A model generated the notes under the pieces. That model ran no database searches and had not been told where the DNA came from. It saw only the letters and a program-made list of their open reading frames with translations. From positions 124,001 to 188,000 of the IMG/VR virus record IMGVR_UViG_3300027996_002186: a DNA stretch of 64,000 nucleotides; one strand, written 5' to 3'. The position numbers and the translations under genes are program-made. Shown here in pieces: positions 29,288-39,393 of the stretch (positions are counted from its first letter, which is position 1; each line of letters opens with the position of its first letter).

Positions 29288-29968
29288 TTAGTTGTTTGGT
29301 TCAACAACGTTTGCTTCAACAACTTCCGATTCAACCTCTTTAGCTACTGGTGGTGCGATATTAACACCCTCTTCAAAAGAAAGTACCCAGTCTTGTATTT
29401 GAGTTGAAAGATTCTTAGCTGTAGCATCATAGTAATTAAATACTTTACTGATTGCTCCAATTCTACGTAGAACTTGTGCGAAGTAATAAGCTGCGTTTGT
29501 AAGTCCTTTTACTTTATGCTCTGATATTAAGTGATAGATATATGTTATCTCAGTTGCGTTTACAGGAAAAGATACTAGGTCTGTATCATTTGTGTATTTA
29601 GCTTCTTTCATACCACCTAATAATTCTGTTAGTTCGATAGCAAAGAATACAGTATTTGTATCATATTCTAAATGCTTAAGAATTAAATCAGTTAAGAATT
29701 TATATTGTTTTCTGTTTAGGTGAAAATTATATTTCGCATTTGTCATAACAACCGACAATTCTTTCCAAAGCATTTGTGAATTTTTATAAAGTTCATCTTT
29801 TTCTTCAGCGGATTTACCTTCACCATGATTATTTATCATATAATCATTGATTTCTTCTATTTTAGAATCAAGAGCTGATTCATTTTCAGGTGTTAATAAC
29901 AGTTGTTCTATTTCATTTTCCATGAAAGTAACATCTGGTTTGATAACATTTGTTTCGATTTGTGTCAT
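29288..29968 (-). CDS. Hypothetical protein (226 aa)
   Basis: ORF in a minus-strand operon. Confidence 0.7.
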   Translation of the reverse strand: MTQIETNVIKPDVTFMENEIEQLLLTPENESALDSKIEEINDYMINNHGEGKSAEEKDELYKNSQMLWKELSVVMTNAKYNFHLNRKQYKFLTDLILKHLEYDTNTVFFAIELTELLGGMKEAKYTNDTDLVSFPVNATEITYIYHLISEHKVKGLTNAAYYFAQVLRRIGAISKVFNYYDATAKNLSTQIQDWVLSFEEGVNIAPPVAKEVESEVVEANVVEPNN

Positions 29969-29998
29969 ATTAATTAATTTATTTTTTATCTATATTTA

Positions 29999-30253
29999 TT
30001 ATACTCTTTCTGTGTAAATTGTTTCGTCAAATATTGAATTTAATGATTCTAATTTATCTTTTGAGTTTGTATATTTTTCAATCCATTTATCATGTTCATC
30101 CATTAAATCAGAATGTTCACCTATAGCTACTAAGTTGTTTACATATAGTGAAAGGTTAGCTCTTGCTTCTTCCATTTCTGCTTCATACTTTTTTCTTAAA
30201 GCTTTGATGTAGTTATATCCTAGGTTTTCACCTTGTTTTATCTTGTTTTCCAT
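29999..30253 (-). CDS. Small coiled-coil hypothetical protein (IGEHSD motif)
   Basis: ORF in operon. Confidence 0.7.
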   Translation of the reverse strand: MENKIKQGENLGYNYIKALRKKYEAEMEEARANLSLYVNNLVAIGEHSDLMDEHDKWIEKYTNSKDKLESLNSIFDETIYTERV

Positions 30254-30254
30254 A

Positions 30255-30686
30255 TTAAACTATAAATTCTTCGTCACTTTTAGCATCCTTTTGTTGCTCT
30301 TGATACAATTCCTCAACTTTATTAGCTCTTGCTACTTTTTCCACACCATATTTGTTTACTAATCCAGAGAATGTATTAAGGTCTGTTCTAACTAATTTAA
30401 TTTTACCAGAATCGATGTTAATATTAATTTTATCAATTTCTTGTTCGAATAAAATTGTTATTGATTCATCATCATAAGCAGTTAATAAATCTTCATTGAT
30501 TGAAATCAATAATTCCTTATCCATGATTGCTACATACTTATCTGGTATTTTACTCACGTTGATGATTGCTTTTTGTTTCTGGTCTCCTTGAAATTGAAAT
30601 TTCATTGATACAGGGAATGACTTTTTATTGAAAATCTCATAAAAGTCGCTTATTGTGTCTTCCGACAGTTCGTAAAATCTATCCAT
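30255..30686 (-). CDS. Hypothetical protein, possibly a degenerate phage metallopeptidase-like fold
   Basis: LLISINE...ILFEQEIDKI sits where HExxH would be expected; weak. Confidence 0.5.
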   Translation of the reverse strand: MDRFYELSEDTISDFYEIFNKKSFPVSMKFQFQGDQKQKAIINVSKIPDKYVAIMDKELLISINEDLLTAYDDESITILFEQEIDKININIDSGKIKLVRTDLNTFSGLVNKYGVEKVARANKVEELYQEQQKDAKSDEEFIV

Positions 30687-30708
30687 TGTTTAATGTTTTT
30701 GTTTTTAT

Positions 30709-30735
30709 ATTATAAGGTGTATATATGAAAAGTTT
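30709..30735 (-). promoter_or_regulatory. Putative middle promoter AAAC-N17-TATAAT
   Basis: Minus-strand copy upstream of 30686. Confidence 0.5.
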
Positions 30736-30740
30736 ACTAT

Positions 30741-31214
30741 TTATATAAATAAAAATAGTAATATCGTTGATAAAACGACAGCAGTTGGTATTACTTTATA
30801 ATATAAGTTATTGTAATACTTATCTGACTTAAAAATTGAAAATCCAACAACAATTAAGTATGAGTATTTATCAACTTTATCAATCTTATAAACATCATAA
30901 AGTTCTAGTAGTCCTTTTGAAGATAAATACTTTGATAATTCTGATGTATATTCTTTTATGTAGGTTTCTGATATTTTATCTATATCTGCCTTTTTAAGTG
31001 AAAAATTTTCCCCTATTAAATCTTCTGGTACGTTAAGTACTGTGTAAATTCTCTTAGCACTATCAATTCTAACATTGAATTTTGGCTCTAGTTCAAATTG
31101 TATTTCCTTTAAAATCTTTTTATAAGATCTAAAGAGTTTGATCTTTTTAAAGAGTGATATATTCTTATTCATAAATGTTATATCATTAATAATGTTTTTG
31201 TTTATGTGAATCAT
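30741..31214 (-). CDS. Hypothetical protein with C-terminal membrane anchor
   Basis: VIPTAVVLSTILLFLFI. Confidence 0.65.
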   Translation of the reverse strand: MIHINKNIINDITFMNKNISLFKKIKLFRSYKKILKEIQFELEPKFNVRIDSAKRIYTVLNVPEDLIGENFSLKKADIDKISETYIKEYTSELSKYLSSKGLLELYDVYKIDKVDKYSYLIVVGFSIFKSDKYYNNLYYKVIPTAVVLSTILLFLFI

Positions 31215-31226
31215 TAATTTTAAAAA

Positions 31227-34200
31227 TTAGTTTAATTCCTCTACATTCTGAATCTTTCCATCACTCGCATCTTGTATAAATTCATCTATTGTGTTTGTTG
31301 ATTTGTCAATATTTGTCAATAATCCTATTAATAAATCCAGTTGTTGTGGTATTGATCTACCTTCTAAACCATACTTAGTTTTATCTGTAAGATTAGGTAA
31401 CTTAACATTCTTTTTACCAACTGATTCTGGTTTATCTTCTCCACCCCATAATCCGGTAAATTTACCGAGGTCATCCATTGGGTGCCATCCACCATCATTC
31501 TCACTTTTTATTTGACTTAAATCATTTGCTAATTGATCAGTTTGAAGAGATTTAACTTCCTTTAGCTTTTCCATGTTGATTGCTTCTAAAGCAATTCCAA
31601 ATTTCTCAAAAGAGGTGGTTAATATATCATATGAATCCGCTAATACAACCATACCACCTGCAATTCTCATTATTGGATCCTCTCCAAATCCAAATGCGCC
31701 AGCAACACTACCCAAGAAGGATCCTTCTTTTTCTTCGACTCTTGTTAAATACTCAGCTAATCTAGTATAGTCTATTATATTTCTGCTTAATTTCTTTATA
31801 AAGAGAGGGTCTATTTTAACATCAAAATATTTTTTATTTTTATAAAAAATATAAGCTGTGTTTGCCATAGCTTGTGCTACTCTATCAATAATACCCATAT
31901 CTTTTTCAGTTCTAACCACTTCCGTTTTCGTACTCGTCTTAGCACCGAAACCAGCAAATCCTCCTGATTTACTACTTGTAGTTTTTGTTGAAGTAGTTAC
32001 TAACATATCATCAAGCCATTTTCCCAACTTTGCGAATCCCATTACATTCGTAGCTATATTTGGTATAAATTTTGGATCTAGTTTAACTGCAAAATATCTT
32101 TTATTATCAAAAAGAATACGGGCTGTGTTTGCCATTGATTGAACACCACCCTCCAACATTGAGGAGTTCACAGAAAAACTGTATTCGCTGTATCCAGCCA
32201 TAGTTAAATCATAAAATATATCTAAAAAGGAATTTATCGCCTTTCGAATACCGATACCCCATGCTTCATCAGGATGATTTTGCCAATATTCTTTCCCAAC
32301 ACTCCCTAGTGTTTCTCCAGCACTCCTTATAGATCTAGCTATGATTCTTATCCCAGATCCTAGTGATTGTGCTACTTCCTCTTGGCTTGGTCCAGTCCAT
32401 CCACCACCATTTGTCATCATCAGATTAAAGACTTCCGAGAACGATCCAATTGCTTCTGCAACACCTTTACCCCAACCTTTACCAGGAACATTGTCCTTTT
32501 TCCATATTTCTGGGATAGTGTCATAAAATATCCAACCCGCATCAACTATCGCCCTTGAAACCGATCGAATTCCGTAACTCATTGCCTTTATTGTCGTAAC
32601 AGACGAAGAATACCAGCTCGTATTGTTCATAGCTTCAAATACTGGTGCAAATGAGTTAATTGCTGCTCCAACACCTTCTCCCCAACGTTTTTTTGGATAG
32701 TTTTTCTTAAATGCTGCTTTATTTTCTGCGAATATACCCGCTGCATCTATAATAGCATAAGATATAGATCGGATAGCTCTTTCCATATCAGCTACTGATG
32801 GTCCATTGGACCACCCTCCTTGATTGTTCAAAACCTCATATACTGGTGCGAATGCGCCAATTGCTGTTCCAACCCCTTCGGCCCAACGTTTTGATGGTCC
32901 ATCCTTGAATTGGTCACTCGCTCCGGAAAATTTATCAGCGGCTGATATAATACCATCAGAAACCGTTGTGATAGCATTCGTAAAATCATCAGGACCTACA
33001 CCACTACCACCAAGTATTGACATTATAGAATTCATCTGCATCATTTTATAAATAGGCATAAATGCTCCTAATGCTATCGATATTCCTTCTGCCCACTCTT
33101 TTGTTGGACCACCTTTATAATTTCCCTTATAAAGAGTATGTGATACGGCTACTATTGTATCTGCTATCGTCAACATCATACCCTGTGCTACTAAAAATGG
33201 ATCATCTCCTCCGAAGAATGAAATAATAGCACCCGCTACACTCATGACACCCAATGCCATTATAATTGGTGTAAATGTTAAATATAATAATGCTGTAGCT
33301 GTTGCCCATTCTAACATACCTGCATTATCATATTTACCCTTGGATAGAATATCTGATACTTTTGCTATAGTAGCAGCTACAACTAGTATAGCACCTAAAC
33401 CAGCTAAAAATATTAGTGCTTGTGGACCAAATACCATCAGACCCAAGAGTATAGCGGCGGTAGCCATAACTGTCATAGCTAAGGCCACTCCGGCTAACCA
33501 CTCTATACCTGGGTAGGTTTCATAAGTACCTAATGCTTGAATGTAATCCAATGCTACAATAGCAAGTGCTACAACTAGTATAGCAACTAAACCAGCTAAA
33601 AATACTAGTGCTTGTGGACCAAATACAAACGATCCTAAGAGTACAGCAGCGACACCCATCGCTACCATACTTAAACCTACTCCGATTATCCAATCTAAAC
33701 CTGGATATGTATCATAATTACCTAATGCTAAAATGTGTGATGTTACCATTACTGCTACCGCTATAATCAAAATTGCTAATCCACCTTTTAATAGATCAAC
33801 AACACCCATCTTACTTAATACCTTCATTGGTCCGACTAATGCAATAGTAAGACCGGCCATTAATACACCAATTGCTGCTATTTTAAGTATTAGTCCCCAA
33901 CTTATATCAGCGGTTAATGCTAAAATGTGTGATGATACCATAATCGCTATTGATATCAATGTAAAGAATATTGGTATTTTAGGGAGTGATGACCATTCCA
34001 TTTTATTCATTGCTTTAACTATTTTTACCATCCCAAATGATAAAACAACAAATAATATTGCTATAAGTACTGATGTAAACCATTGCATAAGACCCACTGG
34101 TTGTACTAAAGAGAGTGCGTATGATGCTCCTGCTATACCTAGTGCGATAGCTGGTAGAATTAATGGTAAGAAAATAGATGCTTGTATTAAATCTTTGGTA

Positions 34201-35051
34201 CCCATTCCCTTAAATGCTTGTAACATATTTCTAATACCATATGATACTACTGCGAATATTGCCGCTATGAATATAGATGCTATTACTTGTGAGAATCCTA
34301 TTGGTTGTACTAATCCTAATGCGTATGATGCGAGAGCAATACCTAATGCGATAGCTGGTAAAATCAATGGTAAGAAAAGAACAGATTTCACTATACTGGC
34401 CATTGATAGACCCTTAAATGCTCCTAATAATTTTCTAATACCAAATGCAATTACCGAAAATACACCAGCTACAAAAACAGCGGTTATTGCTTGCATAAAT
34501 GATATAGGCCTTATCATTGATAATGCGTAAGATGAAAGAGCTACTGCTATTGACATAAATACCATAGCTAAAGAAGCCAGAGCTATATCTTTTAATGAGG
34601 ATCCTTTGGTCGCTTCCGCCACTTGAGCAAACGCGAATCCTATTGCTACCATAGCTAATCCTAAACCAATAGCTGATAAAACATCAACCGGTCCGACTAA
34701 TTTCAACGCTAATCCTATTGCTAAAACAGCTACTGCTATTAGTAATATAGTACCAACACCTTTTTTAATACTACTTTCTTTCTTCTTATCAGTACCACTT
34801 TCCTCAATAACATCCTTAGATTTCTCTTTGGAAAGAGCTATTATTGTTTTCTGATTGGTTAAAATTTCTTGAGTATCAGTTTTAATTGATTGTATACCTA
34901 CGTTTATGGCTTCTAATTTCTTACCAAAATCACCTCCTTTTAATGCAGCGCCTGTTGCAGAAGCACCATCTTTCTTACTATCGAGAGCTGCCGCTATCAT
35001 TTCTAATGAAACTGATAAATTGTCTAATGCTTTTAATAATTGCTTATCCAT
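31227..35051 (-). CDS. Tape-measure-like protein (1274 aa)
   Basis: Ala/Gly-rich helical repeats (VQPIGF x3; W.EG...AI..F.PV x5) with long hydrophobic stretches; late promoter upstream. Confidence 0.65.
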   Translation of the reverse strand: MDKQLLKALDNLSVSLEMIAAALDSKKDGASATGAALKGGDFGKKLEAINVGIQSIKTDTQEILTNQKTIIALSKEKSKDVIEESGTDKKKESSIKKGVGTILLIAVAVLAIGLALKLVGPVDVLSAIGLGLAMVAIGFAFAQVAEATKGSSLKDIALASLAMVFMSIAVALSSYALSMIRPISFMQAITAVFVAGVFSVIAFGIRKLLGAFKGLSMASIVKSVLFLPLILPAIALGIALASYALGLVQPIGFSQVIASIFIAAIFAVVSYGIRNMLQAFKGMGTKDLIQASIFLPLILPAIALGIAGASYALSLVQPVGLMQWFTSVLIAILFVVLSFGMVKIVKAMNKMEWSSLPKIPIFFTLISIAIMVSSHILALTADISWGLILKIAAIGVLMAGLTIALVGPMKVLSKMGVVDLLKGGLAILIIAVAVMVTSHILALGNYDTYPGLDWIIGVGLSMVAMGVAAVLLGSFVFGPQALVFLAGLVAILVVALAIVALDYIQALGTYETYPGIEWLAGVALAMTVMATAAILLGLMVFGPQALIFLAGLGAILVVAATIAKVSDILSKGKYDNAGMLEWATATALLYLTFTPIIMALGVMSVAGAIISFFGGDDPFLVAQGMMLTIADTIVAVSHTLYKGNYKGGPTKEWAEGISIALGAFMPIYKMMQMNSIMSILGGSGVGPDDFTNAITTVSDGIISAADKFSGASDQFKDGPSKRWAEGVGTAIGAFAPVYEVLNNQGGWSNGPSVADMERAIRSISYAIIDAAGIFAENKAAFKKNYPKKRWGEGVGAAINSFAPVFEAMNNTSWYSSSVTTIKAMSYGIRSVSRAIVDAGWIFYDTIPEIWKKDNVPGKGWGKGVAEAIGSFSEVFNLMMTNGGGWTGPSQEEVAQSLGSGIRIIARSIRSAGETLGSVGKEYWQNHPDEAWGIGIRKAINSFLDIFYDLTMAGYSEYSFSVNSSMLEGGVQSMANTARILFDNKRYFAVKLDPKFIPNIATNVMGFAKLGKWLDDMLVTTSTKTTSSKSGGFAGFGAKTSTKTEVVRTEKDMGIIDRVAQAMANTAYIFYKNKKYFDVKIDPLFIKKLSRNIIDYTRLAEYLTRVEEKEGSFLGSVAGAFGFGEDPIMRIAGGMVVLADSYDILTTSFEKFGIALEAINMEKLKEVKSLQTDQLANDLSQIKSENDGGWHPMDDLGKFTGLWGGEDKPESVGKKNVKLPNLTDKTKYGLEGRSIPQQLDLLIGLLTNIDKSTNTIDEFIQDASDGKIQNVEELN

Positions 35052-35071
35052 AAAAAACTTTTATTTCCAAA

Positions 35072-35108
35072 GTATATATAAAAACTGGATACGTCTTCTT
35101 AATATATA
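35072..35108. promoter_or_regulatory. Divergent late promoter cores (TTATATATAC minus 35072-35081; TTAATATATA plus 35099-35108)
   Basis: Motif on each strand between divergent genes. Confidence 0.55.
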
Positions 35109-35130
35109 CATGTACAAATAATACATTATT

Positions 35131-35580
35131 ATGGGATTTAAAAAGTTAGTTAATTACTACGTATTACGCAAATCTTTAAAAGAAATCGAGATGAATAGAA
35201 TTTTAGAAAAAATATACAAGAAAATAAAAATTTCTACTAAAGAAAAGAAATTTTTGGATTTATATAATCGTACTACCGAAGAGGTTGCTAAGGATTTGAT
35301 GTTCTTGTCTAAAAATGCAACTTCTAGAAAGGTTAAAGAAATATTAGAAAGAGGTAAGAAAGTCATTTGTGATTTACATGATAGGGATGGTAAAATTGGA
35401 CTTGAGATACTTAGTATTGAGAATAATGTCGATTCTGTTACATGTGATGTTATTATGAGAAATGAGACACATCAATTACATGATAGATTTTTATATAATA
35501 TTATTTATAATAATATAAAAAAAGAGTATTCATTACAAGAACAAGACGAATATTATGAAAAAATAGAAGCTACGAAATGA
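35131..35580 (+). CDS. Hypothetical protein with DUF6576-like segment
   Basis: MNRILEKI......TKEKKFL. Confidence 0.65.
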   Translation: MGFKKLVNYYVLRKSLKEIEMNRILEKIYKKIKISTKEKKFLDLYNRTTEEVAKDLMFLSKNATSRKVKEILERGKKVICDLHDRDGKIGLEILSIENNVDSVTCDVIMRNETHQLHDRFLYNIIYNNIKKEYSLQEQDEYYEKIEATK

Positions 35581-35849
35581 TAAAGAAATTTAAACAATTT
35601 AATGAAGAAATATCTGGTACTGAATTGGTTGGTCCTATTGGTCCTGCTTATGGTGAGACGGGGTTACAGAATAAAACCATAAATTCACATGACACAAATG
35701 TTATTTATTCAGAGATGGATTCTAAGATATATACAATAGATGAATATAATGATATTTATGGTGAGTACCTTAAATTTGGTGGATCTCCGTTAGATGGATT
35801 TACAAAAGAAAATATAGATATAATATTGGATTTTTTACAAACTAATTAA
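35577..35849 (+). CDS. CTS-tagged small protein
   Basis: MIKKFKQFNEE. Confidence 0.7.
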   Translation: MIKKFKQFNEEISGTELVGPIGPAYGETGLQNKTINSHDTNVIYSEMDSKIYTIDEYNDIYGEYLKFGGSPLDGFTKENIDIILDFLQTN

Positions 35850-35894
35850 TTTAATTTATATATACATTTTGATAAAAAACAGAAATCAAAATTT

Positions 35895-37223
35895 ATGAGC
35901 AAGTTAGTAACATTAAACGGGTTAAATGATGAAGAAATATTAAATGATATATTCATCGATGAGATAATTGTCCTTGAAGATATACAGGGAAGTAAAATAT
36001 GGGTTAATTGGGATGGTAAGCATTTTAATATCAAACCTAAATCTATATCAAATGAGTCAATAAATCTAATTGACTTAGCAATGCAAAATTATTATAATCC
36101 GGCTATCAATTATTTAAATTCATTAGATGATAGAACAAAAAGCCTTTTAAATAAAAAATGGTGGTTTTGTTTCGAGTATTTTCCTGATGAGCAACCTGCT
36201 AATATAGAGTATAATAGAGTTCCTAAGAATAATCTTGTTCTTACAGCTATTTCTAAGTCTAGAAAATATGAATTTACTATTGAAGAGTTAGATGAGTATT
36301 CTAGATTATTTAATGTTGATGTGGTGCCGGTTATATATCAAGGTACTTTGACCGAAAGTATGAAAGAAGCGATAAAGTATTTTATTAATACTAGTGAGGA
36401 TGATTTAGAGTATATTTTTGGTGAAAAGTCATTTGCATTCTTCTTTTATGGAATATTAAACCCATCAGTTAATAACTCTTTCTTAATGGATAATGAATTC
36501 CAAAATAATGTTGAGAAACTTATTATTAAGAGTAAAACAAAGGATATTTCATTTCAGTTATTAAATCCTTTATATAAAAGGTTGAGTGATGATAATCATA
36601 CAGACTTTGTTGAGATTTATACATTAATATTAATTAATTTCTTGAATTTTTCTCAATCTATTAATTTAGAAGATATTAAATTGAAAGGTGATAGAAAAGA
36701 TGAAGTTTACATATATTTAGTTTCTAAAATATTCAATGTTTATATATCGGAGGTCAAACAAGATTTACTTGACTTTGACTTTGTTGTTCCTGAATTCTTT
36801 GATAAGGATAAATTTAAGATAAATATTGAATTGATTAGTAATAAATTAACAAAGGATTATATAAAAGAGAGTGATAAATTAGAATATATTTTTAAGGTTA
36901 TTCTTGGATCTTTCAACAAGAAAAGAAAGAAACCAATTGGTATATTCACTGAGAATACAGTTAAGTTATTTAATAAATTTGTAGTTGATATCGATGATTA
37001 TATCGATACTTATTTAGGAAAACTACATGAAATTGAATTAGGTAGATCTGGTCTACTAGATTTCGGTGACTTCTTTGATATTCAATATGATACTGATGGA
37101 GAGGGTGAAGTTTATCCAGATGTTTACTCAGAGTTTTCTAAGACTGGTGGTCAGAACAAGAAGAAGAAAAAAGGTAAGGGTGGTAAATTCCCAATTGATC
37201 CAGGTAAAATTCCATTTAAATAA
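35895..37223 (+). CDS. RNA-ligase-like (Rnl2-type nucleotidyltransferase fold) protein lacking the adenylated Lys
   Basis: VLEDIQGS in place of EKxDGS; FCFEYF, VVPVIYQG, VEKLIIK resemble motifs III, IIIa and IV. Confidence 0.45.
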   Translation: MSKLVTLNGLNDEEILNDIFIDEIIVLEDIQGSKIWVNWDGKHFNIKPKSISNESINLIDLAMQNYYNPAINYLNSLDDRTKSLLNKKWWFCFEYFPDEQPANIEYNRVPKNNLVLTAISKSRKYEFTIEELDEYSRLFNVDVVPVIYQGTLTESMKEAIKYFINTSEDDLEYIFGEKSFAFFFYGILNPSVNNSFLMDNEFQNNVEKLIIKSKTKDISFQLLNPLYKRLSDDNHTDFVEIYTLILINFLNFSQSINLEDIKLKGDRKDEVYIYLVSKIFNVYISEVKQDLLDFDFVVPEFFDKDKFKINIELISNKLTKDYIKESDKLEYIFKVILGSFNKKRKKPIGIFTENTVKLFNKFVVDIDDYIDTYLGKLHEIELGRSGLLDFGDFFDIQYDTDGEGEVYPDVYSEFSKTGGQNKKKKKGKGGKFPIDPGKIPFK

Positions 37224-37414
37224 TGATTGATATTAAAATGACCTCTGTCGAGGTAAAGGCCGAAGTACGCGAACTAAAATGTAAATATACTCGTGAAATG
37301 GCTAAGGATATACACTATTATAGTGGTTTAGATCCTTTTAGTATGGATAATAGAAGAACAACAAGAAAAGATTCGATTAATAATATTTTTAATATAACAA
37401 AACATGATAAATAA
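37223..37414 (+). CDS. 63-aa mini-protein consisting of a gp23-like capsid segment plus the R..SINNIF motif
   Basis: VEVKAEVRELKCKYTREMAKDIHYYSGLD resembles T4 gp23 VIEAKSRQLKAAYSIELAQDLRAVHGMD; overlaps both neighbours. Confidence 0.65.
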   Translation: MIDIKMTSVEVKAEVRELKCKYTREMAKDIHYYSGLDPFSMDNRRTTRKDSINNIFNITKHDK

Positions 37415-38666
37415 TCCGCCTATAAAGAATATGAAGGTATCAAAAAAATTATCCAGTACGGATTCTTCCAAAAATATAGTTGAAAAGCTAAACAAGAAAA
37501 CTTTCCTATTACAATACTTACCATCCGTTTTAGAATACTTAGAATCAGAAAAATACATAAATTATAAAAATGAAAAGTTAAAAACAGCTTACTTGATCGA
37601 TATCATACATAATATGGTATTAAAATATTATTTCAAGAAAGAGAATAAATTTGTTATAAATGCAACTATATTGAAAGATAAGTATGGATATCTTTATAAT
37701 TATTATATCAATTATCTAATTGAGACCAAGATAATAAGTATGGTTTCTAATTATAGGAAAGGTGTATCTTCTCGTAAATATTCACTAAATGCTAAAATCA
37801 TCAAATCAAAGATTCAAAGAAGATATAGAAACAAAGATAAAGTCTTATTGAAGAAATATAAAAAGAAAGTAATGGATAGCATTGACTTCTCTGATAATGA
37901 TGATTATTTGATAGGTAAAGATATCCGAGAGAAATTAATATCTGACCTTTTTTCCGTTGAGATTCAATTCGATAGAGCTATATTTTTCCTGGATGCATTA
38001 AAAGATGAAAAATATGATGTCTATAATAGAAATGTTTATTCTGTTGAGTGTGTTAATGATAAGCATATATTTTATCACTTTGATAGCTATGGTAGAATGC
38101 ACACCAATTTCACAATACTTAGATCATTCATTAGAAAGAATTGTTTATTGATAGATGGTGAGGAAACTTGTGAGATAGATATTAAAAATAGCCAACCATT
38201 ATTCCTATCTAAATTAATAAAAGATAGTGATACTAAGTGGGTCAAGGAGGAAGAGTTTGAATTATTTAGAGAACTAACACTTAGTGGTAATTACTACCAA
38301 TACATGATGAATGTATTGGGTATTAAAAATAGAAACGATGCTAAGGAATTAACATACAAAGTTCTTTTTGGTAGAAACATTACTAGTAAGGCTGATATTG
38401 GATTTAGAAAGGCTTTCCCGACTATACACAATTTTATAAAATTATATAAAAAGGATAATGGTAATTATAAAACGATGGCTTATGATTTACAAAAAGCAGA
38501 GTCGAATCTTATATTCAATCGAATAATAAGACGTATAATTGTATTATACCCAGAAATAAAAATGATAACGGTACATGATAGTATTGTTTTTCCTAAAAAA
38601 TATAAAGACATTATTGATGATATCTTTGAACAAGAACTTGAAAATGAATTCAATTTAACAAAATAA
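37404..38666 (+). CDS. Compact family-A polymerase-superfamily protein (TV-Pol/T7-RNAP-like core, no exonuclease)
   Basis: YGRMH, motif A EIDIKNSQP, motif B RNDAKELTYKVLFG, Q..ES, motif C TVHDS. Confidence 0.75.
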   Translation: MINNPPIKNMKVSKKLSSTDSSKNIVEKLNKKTFLLQYLPSVLEYLESEKYINYKNEKLKTAYLIDIIHNMVLKYYFKKENKFVINATILKDKYGYLYNYYINYLIETKIISMVSNYRKGVSSRKYSLNAKIIKSKIQRRYRNKDKVLLKKYKKKVMDSIDFSDNDDYLIGKDIREKLISDLFSVEIQFDRAIFFLDALKDEKYDVYNRNVYSVECVNDKHIFYHFDSYGRMHTNFTILRSFIRKNCLLIDGEETCEIDIKNSQPLFLSKLIKDSDTKWVKEEEFELFRELTLSGNYYQYMMNVLGIKNRNDAKELTYKVLFGRNITSKADIGFRKAFPTIHNFIKLYKKDNGNYKTMAYDLQKAESNLIFNRIIRRIIVLYPEIKMITVHDSIVFPKKYKDIIDDIFEQELENEFNLTK

Positions 38667-38676
38667 TATATACAAT

Positions 38677-38838
38677 ATGAAAACTTACTATTTAAAATCA
38701 AAATTATCAAAAGAGGTTATAAGTAAATCAGTTTTTGAATCATTATCAATAGCTATTGAGTATTTTTCTGAAGTTAAGAGATTAAACCCTGAAGAACTTC
38801 TTAAAATATACATAGTCAATGATAGTGAACTAAAATAG
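38677..38838 (+). CDS. 53-aa hypothetical protein missed by the ORF track (MKTYYLKSKLSKEV...ELK)
   Basis: Hand translation; TAATATATAC immediately upstream; fills the intergenic gap. Confidence 0.6.
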   Translation: MKTYYLKSKLSKEVISKSVFESLSIAIEYFSEVKRLNPEELLKIYIVNDSELK

Positions 38839-38853
38839 TTAATATATACCTTT

Positions 38854-39393
38854 GTGATTGATTTAACTAACCCCAAAATATCATATATTGTGATATCATC
38901 TGAAAAGATTGATGATATTATGTCAATTTTGTATGCTAAAAATTATCAAATTATACCGATAAAGGGTTATTATCAAGGTCAATATGAGGATTCATTGATG
39001 GCTTTTGGTGTTGATAATGATGAGTTAAGAAAAGATTTGATTTTTTTACTTAACCATTTTAGAGAGGATTGTGGTATAGTTAAATACTTTGGTGAGACCG
39101 GTGCTAAGAAAGTGTTCAAAGACGGCTCAGAGAAGCCCTTAGGTATCGTATTGTATAATACAGACTCAGATAACATTTCATATTTATATGATGGTATATC
39201 GTTCTCTTTTGTTGAACAAGTTAGATATTGGAAACCTAAGAATAAAGAAGATTTTTCTGTTGGTATGTTAGTTGAATATATGAATAATAATAAGTGGTAT
39301 GAAAAGGAAGTTATTAATCCATCAGAAGAATACCATAAGCTATATAAGCTTATGATAAAGTATGATAAGATTAGAGTAGCTACTACTAACTAA
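38854..39393 (+). CDS. Hypothetical protein (179 aa)
   Basis: GTG start 5 nt after TTAATATATA. Confidence 0.7.
   Translation: MIDLTNPKISYIVISSEKIDDIMSILYAKNYQIIPIKGYYQGQYEDSLMAFGVDNDELRKDLIFLLNHFREDCGIVKYFGETGAKKVFKDGSEKPLGIVLYNTDSDNISYLYDGISFSFVEQVRYWKPKNKEDFSVGMLVEYMNNNKWYEKEVINPSEEYHKLYKLMIKYDKIRVATTN

Noticed and set aside
31291-35121. Plus-strand ORFs up to 265 aa opposite the tape-measure gene (and similar short antisense ORFs elsewhere in the track)
   Set aside because: Shadow frames of real genes; no promoter, leader or motif support.
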